The translations under genes were made by a program, and so were the position numbers. This document shows positions 25,950-37,117 of a stretch of DNA of 64,000 nt, piece after piece. The notes under the pieces are model-generated. The model did no database searches, was not told the DNA's origin, and worked only from the letters and a program-made list of their open reading frames with translations. Source of the stretch: Squalus acanthias (taxonomy: Eukaryota); contig CM059432.1 in assembly GCA_030390025.1 (NCBI GenBank), positions 142,292,001 to 142,356,000 of the forward strand. Reading direction: 5' to 3'. The first letter of the stretch is position 1, and every line of letters begins with the position of its first letter.

Positions 25950-27503
25950 TGGTGGATCCTGGGAATGTGTTGCTATTTCCACGGGGTCCACAGTAGTCTG
26001 TCGATATTTACAGGGGGTCCCCGGGGGTGTGTCAATATTTACAGGGGGTCCCCGGAAGTGTGTCAATATTTACAGGGGGTCCCTGGGAGTGTGTCAATAT
26101 TTACAGGGGGTCCCCGGGAGTGTGTCAATATTTACAGGGGGTCCCCGGGAGTGTGTCAATATTTACAGGGGGTCCCCGGGAGTGTGTCAATATTTACAGG
26201 GGGTCCCCGGGAGTGTGTCAATATTTACAGGGGGTCCCCGGGAGTGTGTCAATATTTACAGGGGTCCCCTGGAGTGTGTCAATATTTACAAGGGGTCCCT
26301 GGGAGTGTGTCAATATTTACAGGGGGTCCCCTGGAGTGTGTCAATATTTACAAGGGGTCCCCGGGAGTGTGTCAATATTTACAAGGGGTCCCTAGGAGTG
26401 TGTCAATATTTATAGTGGGTACCCGGGGGTGTGCCAATATTTACAAGGGGTCCCCGGAATGTGTCAATATTTACAAGGGTTCCCTGGTTGTGTGTTAATA
26501 TTTACACGGGATCCCAAGGACCGTGTCAATCTTTACAGGGGGTCTCCAGGACTGTGTCAATATTTGCAATGGATCCCTGGAAGTATGTCAGTATTTACAG
26601 GGGGTCCCTGGGAGTGTGTCAATATTTACAGGGGGTCTCCGGGAGTGTGTGAATATTTACACGGGGTCCCCGGGAGTGTGTCAGTATTTACATGGGGTCC
26701 CCAGAAGTGTGTCAGTATTTACAGGGGGTCCCTGGGAGTGTGTCAATATTTACAGGGGGTCCCTGGGAGTGTGTCAATATTTACACGGGGTCCCTGGGAG
26801 TGTGCCAGTATTTACTGGGGGTCCCTGGGAGTGTGTCAATATTTTCAGGGGATCCCAAGGACTGTGTCGATATGTACAGGGGTTCCCCGGGAGTATGTGA
26901 GTATTTACAGGAGGTCCCTGTGAATGTGTCAATATTTGCAGGGGTTCCCCGGGAGTGTGTCAATATTTGCAGGGGTTCCCAGGAGAGTGTCAGTATTTAC
27001 AGGGGGTCCCCGGGAGTGTGTCAATATTTGCAGAGGTTCCCAGGAGAGTGTCAGTATTTACAGGGGGTCCCCGGGAGTGTGTCAATATTTACAGAGGTTC
27101 CCAGGAGAGTGTCAGTATTTACAGGGGGTCCCCGGGAGTGTGTCAATATTTGCAGAGGTTCCCAGGAGAGTGTCAGTATTTACAGGGGGTCCCCGGGAGT
27201 ATGTGAGTATTTACAGAGGCCCCTGGGAGCGTGTCAGTATTTAAAGGGGTCCCCAGGGAGTGTGTCAGTATTTACAGGGGGTTCCCAGAGAGTGTGTCAG
27301 TATTTACAGGGGGTCCCTGGAAGTGTGTCAGTATTTACAGGGGGTCCCTGGGAGTGTGTCAGTATTTACAGGGGGTCCCCAGGGAGTGTGTCAGTATTTA
27401 CAGGGGGTCCCTGGAAGTGTGTCAGTATTTACAGGGGGTCCCCAGGGAGTGTGTCACTATTTACAGAGGGTCCCTCGGCATGTGTCAATATTCGCAAGGT
27501 TTC
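25950..27503. repeat. 31-bp minisatellite, about 50 units
   Basis: Unit GGGAGTGTGTCAATATTTACAGGGGGTCCCC; 61-bp dimer block at about 26950-27200. Confidence 0.97.
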
Positions 27504-27514
27504 TTAATAGATAT

Positions 27515-28458
27515 GGGCATGGTAGTGTAATGGTTATGTTGCCAGAATAATAATCCGAGGCCTAGCCTAGTAAATCAATCAGAATGTGAATTCAAATCCC
27601 ACCAGGGCAGTTTGAGAATATGATTTCAGTTTTAAAAATCTGGAAATCAAAAGCTGATATCAGTAAAAGTGATCATTAAGATTGTCGTAAAAACCCAACA
27701 GGTTCACTAATGTCCCATAAGAAAGGAAACCTGCCTCCTTACCTGGTCTGGGCCTATACGTGACTCCAGTCCCACACCAACACGGTTGACTCTTAACTGA
27801 CCTCTGAAGTGGATGAGCAAGACACTCAGTTGTATCAAATTTCTACTAAGAATGTGGACTGCAGCGGATAAGAACATAAGAAATAGGAGCAGGAGTAGAC
27901 CACACGGCCCCTCGAGCCTGCTCTGCCATTCAATAAGATCATGGCTGATCTTCTACCTCAACTCCACCTTCCCACACTATCTCCATATCCCTTGATTCCA
28001 TTAGTTTCCAAAAATCTATCAATCTCTGTCTTGAATATACTCAATGACTGAGTCTCCACAGCCCTCTGGGGTAGAGAATTCCAAAGATTCACCACCCTCT
28101 GAGTGAAGAAATTTCTCCTCATCTCAGTCCTAAATGGCCGACTGTGACCCCTAGTTCTAGACTCCCCAGCCAGGGGAAACATCCTCCCTACATCTACCCT
28201 GTCAAGCCCCTTAAGAATTTTATACGTTTCAATGAGATCAACTCTCATTCTTCTAAACTCTAGGGAATATAGGCCTAGTCTACTCAATTGCTCCTCCTAG
28301 GACAATGCCCTCATCCCAGGAATCAGTCTAGTGAACCTTCTTTGCACCGCCTCTAAGGTTGAAGAAGAAAGTCCACCACCATCTTCTCAGGGCAACTAGG
28401 GATGGGCAATAAATGCCGGTCTTGCCAGCGACGCCACACCCCATAAACGAATAGAAAA
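27515..28458 (+). mobile_element. Second tRNA-headed SINE family, split by a CR1 3' fragment (27868-28356, minus strand)
   Basis: Head ggtagtgtaatggtta..gaattcaaatccc; tail ccaccaccatcttctc..gggcaataaatgc shared with the 4115-family LINE. Confidence 0.75.
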
Positions 28459-28512
28459 GAATCGCCGTGCCCTATTTAATATGACTGCGCCAGTAATTCA
28501 GGCGACAGTGGT

Positions 28513-28740
28513 CAGTGTCGGGAGCGGAGAGAGCAGCAGCACAGTGAGTATTTAAACTCACTTTCGCGGGCTTTTTTACAGAGGCCAGTGTCGGGAGCGG
28601 AGAGAGCAGCAGCACAGTGAGTAGTTAAACTCACTTTCGTGGGCTTTTTTACAGAGGCCAGTGTCGGGAGCGGAGAGAGCAGCAGCACAGTGAGTAGTTA
28701 AACTCACTTTCGCGGGCTTTTTACAGAGGCCAGTGTCGGG
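28513..28740 (+). repeat. Three 73-bp tandem monomers in the CR1 5'UTR
   Basis: CAGTGTCGGG begins at 28513, 28586, 28659 and 28731. Confidence 0.95.
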
Positions 28741-28828
28741 AAAGGGCCCTTGAGTATATCATTTAATTGAAGTGACATTGGTGGGATTCATTTAATTTAA
28801 TTTTAATTAATTAATTAAAGGGTAAGTC

Positions 28829-29780
28829 ATGGCAGGAGAGCTCCGCCCCGTGATATGCTCCTCCTGCTATATGTGGGAAATCAGGGATGCTTCCTGTGTC
28901 CCTGACGACCATGTGTGTGGGAAATGTATCCAGCTGCAGCTACTGATAGACCACATTGCGGCACTGGAGCTGCGGATGGATGCATATTGGAGCATTCGCG
29001 ATGCTGAGAATGTCGTGGATAGCACGTTTAGCGAGTTGGTCACACTGCAGGTAAAGGGTGTACAGGCAGGAAGTGAATTGGTGACCACCAGGCAGAGTAA
29101 GAGGTGCAGGCAGGTAGTGCAAGGGTCCCCTGTGGCCATCCCCCTCTCAAACAGATATAACACTTTGGATGCTGTTGGGGGGGATGACTTATCAGGGGAA
29201 GGCAGCAGCAGCCAACTTCCTGGCACCATGGGTAGCTCTGCTGCACAGGCTGGGAGGAAAAAGTGTGGAAGAGCTATAGTGATAGAGGACTCAATTGTAA
29301 GGGGAATAGATAGGCGTTTCTGCGGCCGCAAACGAGAATCCAGGATGGTGTGTTGCCTCCCTGGTGCAAGGGTCAAGGACGTCTCGGAGCGGCTACAGAC
29401 CATTTTGGAGGGGGAGGGCGAACAGCCAGTTGTCGTGGTGCACATAGGCATCAATGATATAGGTAAAAAAACGGGATGAGGTCCTAAAAGCAGAATATAG
29501 GGAGTTAGGAGGTAAATTAAAAAATAGGACCTCAAAGGTAGTAATCTCAGGATTGCTACCAGTGCCACGTGCTAGTCAGAGTAGAAATAGGAGGATATTT
29601 CAAATTAATACGTGGCTAGAGGAATGGTGCAAGGGGGAGGGATTCAAATTCCTTGGACATTGGAACTGGTTCTGGGGGAGGTGGGACCAGTACAAATGGA
29701 ACGATCTGCACCTGGGCAGGGCCGGGACCGATGTCCTAGGGGGAGTGTTTGCTAGTGCTGTTGGGGAGGGTTTAAACTAA
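28829..29780 (+). pseudogene. CR1 ORF1: zinc finger/leucine zipper plus SGNH esterase, one frameshift near 29470
   Basis: CSSC..CGKC motif; EDSIVRG (GDS-like), LPGA, HIGIND and DLHL blocks; split between ORFs 28829 and 29553. Confidence 0.9.
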
Positions 29781-29902
29781 AATGGCAGGGGGTTGGGAAC
29801 CTGAGCAGGGAGACAGAGGAAAGGGAAACAAAGATAAAAGCAAAAGACAGGAAGGAGAAAAACAAAAGTAGAAGGCAAAGAACTCAACGGTTTAAATCAA
29901 AC

Positions 29903-32763
29903 ATGATCACAGTAAATAATAATTCATATAGGTCTGAGAGCGTTAAAAAAACAAGCCTGAAGGCTTTGTGTCTTAATGCAAGGAGCATTCGGAACAAGGT
30001 GGATGAATTAGCTGCACAAATAGAGGTAAATGAATACGATTTGATTGGGATTACAGAAACATGGCTCCAGGGTGGCCAAGGCTGGGAACTCAACATCCAG
30101 GGTTATTCAATATTTAGGAAAGATAGGCAAAAAAGAAAGGGAGGTGGGGTAGCATTGCTGGTTAAAGAGGGGATTAACACAATTGAAAGGAAGGATATTA
30201 GCTCTGATGATGCGGAATCTGTATGGGTAGAACTGAGAAATAACAAGGGGCAGAAAACGTTAGTGGGAGTGGTATATAGACCTCCAAACAGTAATACGGA
30301 GGTTGGGGACGGCATTAAAAGGGAAATTAGAGAAGCATGCAGTAAGGGCATAGCAGTCATCATGGGTGACTTTAATTTACATATAGATTGGGCTAACCAA
30401 ATTAGTAAAAATACTGTGGAGGAGGAATTCCTAGAATGTTTACGGGATGGTTTTCTGGAACAATATGTCGAGGAACCAACCAGAGATCAGGCCATCTTAG
30501 ACTGGGTATTATGTAATGAGAAAGGATTAATTAGCAATCTTGTTGTACGAGGCCCCTTGGGTCAGAGTGATCATAATATGATAGAATTCTTCACTAGGAT
30601 GGAGAGTGAAGTAGTTGAATCAGAGACTAGGGTCCTGAATTTAAATAAAGGAAACTATGATGGTATGAGGCGCGAATTGGGTAGGATTGATTGGGGAATG
30701 TCACTCAAAGGGTTGACGGTGGATAGGCAATGGCAAACATTCAAAGACTGCATGGATGAACTATAGAATTTGTTCATCCCTTGTGGCATAAGAATAAAAC
30801 AAAAAGGGTGACTCAACCGTGGCTAACAAGGGAAATTAGGGATAGCATAAGATCCAAGGAGAGGGCATATAAATTGGCCAGAAAAAGCGGTAACCCTGAG
30901 GATTGGGAGCAGTTTAGGATTCAACAAAGGAGGACAAAGGGATTAATTAAGAAGGGGAAAATAGAATATGAAAGTAAGCTTTCAGGAAACATAAAAACTG
31001 ACTGTAAGAGCTTTTATAGATATGTGAAGAGAAAAAGATTAGTGAAATCAAGTGTAGGTCCCTTGCAGTCAGAAGCGTGGGAAGTTATAATGGGGAACAA
31101 AGAAATGGCAGCCCAATTAAATGCGTATTTTGGATCTGTCTTCACAAAGGAGGACACAAATAACCTCCCAGAGATGTTGGAAAACATAGGGTCTGATGAA
31201 AGGGAGGAACTGAAAGAAATCAGTATTTGCAGGGAAATGGTGTTAGGGAAATTGACGGGATTGAAGGCCGATAAATCCCCAGGATCTGATAATCTACATC
31301 CTAGGGTGCTTAAGGAAGTGGCCCTAGAAATAGTAAATGCATTGCTGGTCATCTTCCAACATTCGATGGAATCTGGAACTGTACCCATGGATTGGAGGGT
31401 AGCTAATGTTACCCCACTATTCAAAAAGGGTAGTAGAGAGAAAGCGGGGAATTACAGACCGGTAAGCCTGACATTGGTAGTGGGGAAAATGCTAGAGTCC
31501 ATTATAAAGGATGTAATAGCTGAGCACTTGAAAAACAGTGACAGGATCGGACAAAGTCAACATGGATTTACAAAAGGTAAATCGTGCTTGACTAATCTAC
31601 TGGAATTTTTTGAGGATGTAACTGATAAAATAGATAAGGGAGAACCAGTAGATGTGGTGTATTTGGACTTCCAAAAGGCTTTTGATAAGGTCCCGCATAA
31701 GAGATTAGCGTGTAAAGTTAAGGCACATGGGATTGGGGGCAAGGTATTGACTTGGATAGAGAACTGGTTGGCGGACAGAAAGCAGAGAGTAGGAATTAAT
31801 GGGTCTTTTTCCGAGTGGCAGGCAGTGACTAGTGGGGTACCGCAGGGATCGGTCCTTGGACCCCAGCTATTCACAATATACATTAATGATCTAGATAAGG
31901 GAACTAAATGTAATATCTCCAAGTTTGCAGATGACACAAAGCTGGGTGGGCGTGTGTGCTGCGAGGAGGATACCGAGAAACTCCAGGATGATTTGGACAG
32001 GTTGGGTGAGTGGGCAGAAGCGTGGCAGATGCAATATAATGTGGATAAATGCGAGGTTATCCACTTTGGTGTCAAAAACAGAAAGGCAGACTATTATCTG
32101 AATGGCAATAGATTGGGAGAAGGGGAAGTGCAACGAGACCTGGGTGTCCTTGTGCACCAGTCGCTGAAGGTAAGCATGCAGGTGCAGCAGGCGGTGAAGA
32201 AGGCAAATGGTATGTTGGCCTTCATAGCGAAAGGGTTTGAGTATAGGAACAGGGATGTCCTGCTGCAGTTGTACAGGGCCTTGGTGAGACCACACCTTGA
32301 GTATTGTGTGCAGTTTTGGTCGCCTTATCTGAGGAAGGATGTTCTTGCCATGGAGGGAGTGCAGCGAAGATTCACCAGACTGATACCTGGGATGGCAGGA
32401 ATGACATATGAGGAGAGATTGGGTCGATTGGGCTTATACTCGCTGGAGTATAGAAGAATGAGAGGGGATCTCATTGAAACTTATAAAATTCTGACAGGTC
32501 TGGATAAACTAGATGCAGGAAGAATGTTCCCGATGGTCGGAGAGTCCAGAACCAGGGGTCATAATCTAAGGATAAGGGGTAAGCCATTTAGGACAGAGAT
32601 GAGGAGGAATTTCTTCACCCAGAGAGTGGTGAACCTGTGGAATTCTCTACCACAGAAGGTAGTTGAGGCCAAGTCATTAAATATATTCAAGAATGAGTTA
32701 GATATATTTCTTAAGGCTAAAGGGATCAAGGGATATGGGGAGAAGGCAGGTACAGGGTACTGA
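29903..32763 (+). pseudogene. CR1 ORF2: APE endonuclease plus reverse transcriptase, stop at 30764 and frameshift near 30781
   Basis: NARSI, ITETW, GDFN, SDH; YRPVSL, DFQKAFD, PQGSVLGP, FADD. Confidence 0.95.
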
Positions 32764-33596
32764 GTTTGGATGATCAGCCATGATCTCATTGAATGGCGGA
32801 GCAGGCTCGAGGGGCCGAATGGCCTACTCCTGCTCCTATCTTCTATGTTTTTATGTTTCTATGACTGCGCCGGTAATTCAGGCGACAGTGGGATTTTGCT
32901 GCCTCCCCTTTCTCGTTGAGCTTTGTGTGAGATTTGGTATTTTTCAAACTCCATCGCTGAATTGAGGGCACGATGCCAGCTCGGAAGATTTCAAATCCTT
33001 TCACTCACCAAAACTTCAAACTCTTTTTTAGAAAGGGCCCAGTGGGATATCAGTCAGTCCATGGGAGAAGTGACATTGGGAAGTGCTTAATCAAAAAATT
33101 CTGGGCAAAGCGATCTGGGAAACCAGTGGTCATGTTTCCCAAAATCTGCGCGCAGTAAATGAGGCTGTTTATAGGGAACGGAATATTCGGGACAGAATGT
33201 TCTACGACAAATGAACATTAGGAACTTTGCGAGAATAGGGAATATGGAATTTTGAGAGCCAGAGAGACACACACAGCCAGGAATAATTTTGACACTCTGC
33301 AGTAGTATAAGGCAGGTCATAGAAAATCTCTCCCCGGTTCTATTTTCACAATGGAATGGGGAGAGATGTAAAATGGGCTGCCGATTCGCGATCGCCCATC
33401 TTACATTATCACACAACGTCAAAATTTACTCCAGAACTTGCATTTCTGTAGCGCCTTTCACAACCACAGGACGTCCCAAAGCGCTTTACAAACAATGAAG
33501 GGCTTTTGAAGTGTGGCCACTTGTTGTAAAGTATGAAACACTGTAAGGTTCAGGAAGAAATAAGGAAATGGCAGAGAAATTAAACAAACACTGAGA

Positions 33597-35468
33597 GGGC
33601 TGGATTTTCCCGGCCGGATGCAGGATGGTGGCGGGTTCGGTCTTCAGCGGGTTCCGGTCACGCTCCCTGTTGCAGCCGCCCTCCGTTAACGACTTTCCAT
33701 AGATTGACCTCATTAGGGCTGACGTGCGCGCGAGCCGGCCCAGTCGGTGGGTGCGGGTCTGCTCCCCGCGCTCGATGACGCGCTCGGAGCCTGGATGTTT
33801 AAGGGGGCCGTGTCCCCTTTGCTTTTCACTTTCTTTCTTCTGTATTTGAATGCTGGTTGCTGCAGGAATGGCCGCACAACGCTCCAAGGCTGCTCCCCGT
33901 TTCGATGATGACTCCCTCAATGCTCTTGTGGAGGGAGTAAGAGGACGAAAGGAGGTCCTCTTCCCCTCCAATGGACGGAGGAAGCCTCCTCAGCACACAA
34001 AGGCAGCCTGGCTGCAAATTGCTGAGGAGGTAAGTGCTCGGTCTGTGTGTACTCACGCACCTGGGTGCAGTGCAGAAAAAGGTTCAATGACCTGATGCGC
34101 TCAGCAAAAGTGAGTATAACATCACACTTACCTTCAGTCTGCTTCCCATCTCTTCTCATCCCCATCACTCTGCATTGGCAACCTGCTCCTGTACATCCCA
34201 ACTCACCCTAACATCCCTTGCACCCTCACCCATCCCGCTCTCTCTATGTACAGAATCACTTCACCATCCTACTCTGCACCCCTCACACTCGCTATCACTG
34301 TTATGCAATGCCAGCAACTAACAACGCACAGGGAGGGCCCTTGGTATTGGCACCTCACTCCATCTTTGTCTCCCTCTAAACATCTATGTTATCCATTCTT
34401 AACACTGACACCATCAATCTCACTGAAACTCCACACTTGTGTCCCTCATTGCAAGAAAAGAGAGCCCACAATAAGAGGGAAAGAGGGAGGACAGGAGGAA
34501 GTCCACCATCCCTAGCGCATATAACGACCGCTGAGGAGGCAGCTCTGGAGATCGTGGGAGGTGCAGAGGAGCTGGAAGTGTGGGACGGAGAGACGGGCAC
34601 AGTACAGTAAGCTGGTGACAGAATTGATTTGCAAACCTATCAGTTTGTTTTCATGAGTGACTGATATGCTCATAGAAATATAGTTATGATCATCTGCACA
34701 ATGGGGTGTGTCTGCTACCTAAATATAACGTGGCTATCTCATGTCTTTACTCCCCCACAGGACCATTGAGAGTCCCCCTCCCCACTGTCCTTGAGGAAGA
34801 GCTGGATGACTCCTCAGACGAACCTGCAGCCTCTGAGAGAGCAGCGTCAGCAGAAATGAGCGCGCCCAGCACCAGCGCAGAGACGCACACCTCGGTGGGT
34901 ATTTTGTGAGATAGATTAGTGTTGTCACCTGGTGTATCATAGCTCACAAGTGAGCATCAGCAGATGGTGGAGACAGGGACAGCAGAGGAGAGTCCTCGTC
35001 AGAGGGCACTGGACGCTCCCAGCTCTGCTCAGCTGCATGTGGACCCTGTGCCTCGGGGGCCATCCAGAAAGAGAGCGATCCTGGAGCTTCAGGAACAAGT
35101 GCAGGAGGCTCTGACTGGGTTTGCAACCACGGTGACTGCGAGTGTGCAGAGAATGGAGGAGTCCATGTCAAACATGAGCAATGCTGTGGTGCACGCAATG
35201 GCGAACGTAGGTCCCGCCATGGAAAGGATGACAACCTCCATGGAGGACATAAATCGCCAGACTCAGGAAAACATGGTAACACTTCTAAATAGATGGTCAT
35301 CTATGGAGGATAGATGGGCATCTATTGAGGAGCGAAACCAGAGGTTCGTGGACGTCCCCATTATGAGGACTGTCAGTACAGGCATGGGTCCTCATGGCCC
35401 CACTGATGTGCAGCAAGGTGCTCTCCAGCTACTTGCTGGCAGTGAAGTGTGGGTGACCCATGAGAGGG
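33597..35468 (+). mobile_element. Truncated Harbinger transposon (left end plus Myb/SANT gene)
   Basis: Starts with GGGCTGGATTTT, the same TIR as the MITEs; truncated by a CR1. Confidence 0.75.
33868..35468 (+). pseudogene. Three-exon Myb/SANT-like DNA-binding protein gene (exons 33868-34109, 34455-34614, 34761 to about 35468)
   Basis: APRF..L..LVEGV..R..LF..AW..IA..V..QCRKRFNDL; GTGAGT donor at 34110; exon 2 EKRAHNKRERGRTGG; carries a frameshift, stops and a mutated acceptor. Confidence 0.8.
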
Positions 35469-37117
35469 ATGTGAACAGCAGTGGTCCCAGCACTGATCCT
35501 TGTGGAACAACACTATCCACCTTCTGCCACTGTGAATAGCTATCTATTACCCCTACTCTCTGCTTTCTGTCTTGAAGCCAGCCAGCAATCCATTCTGCTG
35601 CTTGTCCCCTGACTCTGCATTCTCTGACCTTGTTCATCAGTCTATTATGGGGTACCTTATCGAAGGCCTTTTGAAAATCTAGATAAATTACATCTACTGC
35701 ATTACCATTGTCTACTCTCTCTGTTACCTCTTCAAAAAATTCAATGAGGTTGGCCAAGCAGGATTTTCCCTTTTGAAATCAATGCTGACTATTCCTTATT
35801 ATGTTTTTGGTTTCTCGATGTTCTTCTATTTTCTCCTTTAGTAGGGATTCCATTATTTTTCCGACCACCGATGTTAAGCTGACTGGTCTATAATTCCTTG
35901 GACATGTTCTAAACCTCTTCTTAAATTTAGGTATTGCATTAGCTATCCGCCAGTCTTCTGGCACTACACCTTTTTCTAATTAATTATTAAATATGTGTTT
36001 TAATGCCTCTGCTATCTCTTCCCTAGATTCTTTTAAAATGCGTGGATGCAATCCATCCAGACCAGGGGTTTTATCCTCTTTGAGTTTGATTAGTTTATTT
36101 AATATATCCCCTCTTTTTATTTTAAATGCACTTATCTCATTACTAATCTCATCATCCAATGTCATGTCCACATGTTCTATCTCCCTGGTAAATACTGAAG
36201 CAAAATAATTATTTAATATTTCTGCCTTCTCTCTATCATTACCTGTGGTATTATCTTGTCTATCCCTTAACGGCCCTATTCCCATCCCAACCTTCCTTTT
36301 TTATTGATGTGCCTGTAAAATATTTTACTATTTTGTTTTATGTTCCTTGATAATTTAATTTCATAATTCCTCTTTGCCTTCCTAATTGTTTTTTTTGACT
36401 TCTTTCCTAATCTCTTCGTATTCTCCCTTCTCATGCACGCCACTGCTGTTTATGTACTTAATGTATGCCTCTTTCCTTACCCTCAATTGTTCCCTTATGG
36501 CTTTATTTATCCATGGAGTCTCATTAGTGTTTAATTTGTGCTTTCCTTTTAGCGGAATATATTGTTCCTGCACTCTGTTGAACACTGTTTTAAATGTTTC
36601 CCATTGCTGTTCTACATCGTTGTTTGTCAATATTGTTGCCCATTTTATTTTCCCAAGTTCTATTCTCAGTCCCTCAAAATCAGCTTTTCTCCAATCTATT
36701 ACGTTGGTTTTCATTATACTTATGTCCTTCTCAATTATCATCTTAAAGCGTATTATATTATGGTCACTATTGCCTAGATGTTCCCCTACTTTTATTTCTC
36801 TTATCTGCTCTGGTTCATTCCCCATTACTAGATCCAATAGCGAATCCTCCCTTGTTGGGCTTTTTACATATTGGGTTAGAAAGGAGTCCTGTACACATTG
36901 TAGGAACTCCGTTCCCTTATCCCCATTACCTACCTCTTCTGTCCAATTAATATCAGGGTAGTTGAAATCCCCCATGATTATTATTCTATGTTTTTTTACT
37001 AATTTCCCTAATTTGTCTGTATATTTTTTCCTCCACCTCCCTTCCACTATTAAGTGGTCTGTAGACTACACCTATTAGTGTGATTGATCCTTTATTATCT
37101 TTTATCTCTATCCATAT
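35469..37117 (-). mobile_element. CR1 internal fragment (endonuclease to mid-RT)
   Basis: ORFs 36382, 35980, 35779 and 35392 with GDFN, SDH, YRPVSL and PQGSVLGP. Confidence 0.9.

Larger units (their letters stand above)
28512..32860 (+). mobile_element. Full-length CR1 LINE
   Basis: 5'UTR repeats, ORF1, ORF2 and a (TTCTATGT)-type tail; 31-bp TSD at 28481-28511 and 32861-32891. Confidence 0.95.

Noticed and set aside
25930..27550. Long Cys/Gly-rich ORFs
   Set aside because: These result from a stop-free 31-bp unit; indels shift frames freely.
28513..28740. Hairpin-containing repeats as a CRISPR array
   Set aside because: The units are contiguous and near-identical with no spacers, and they lie inside the CR1 TSD.
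28867..29568. 233-aa antisense ORF in CR1 ORF1, and similar antisense ORFs in ORF2
   Set aside because: These are shadow frames of coding sequence with no recognisable motifs.
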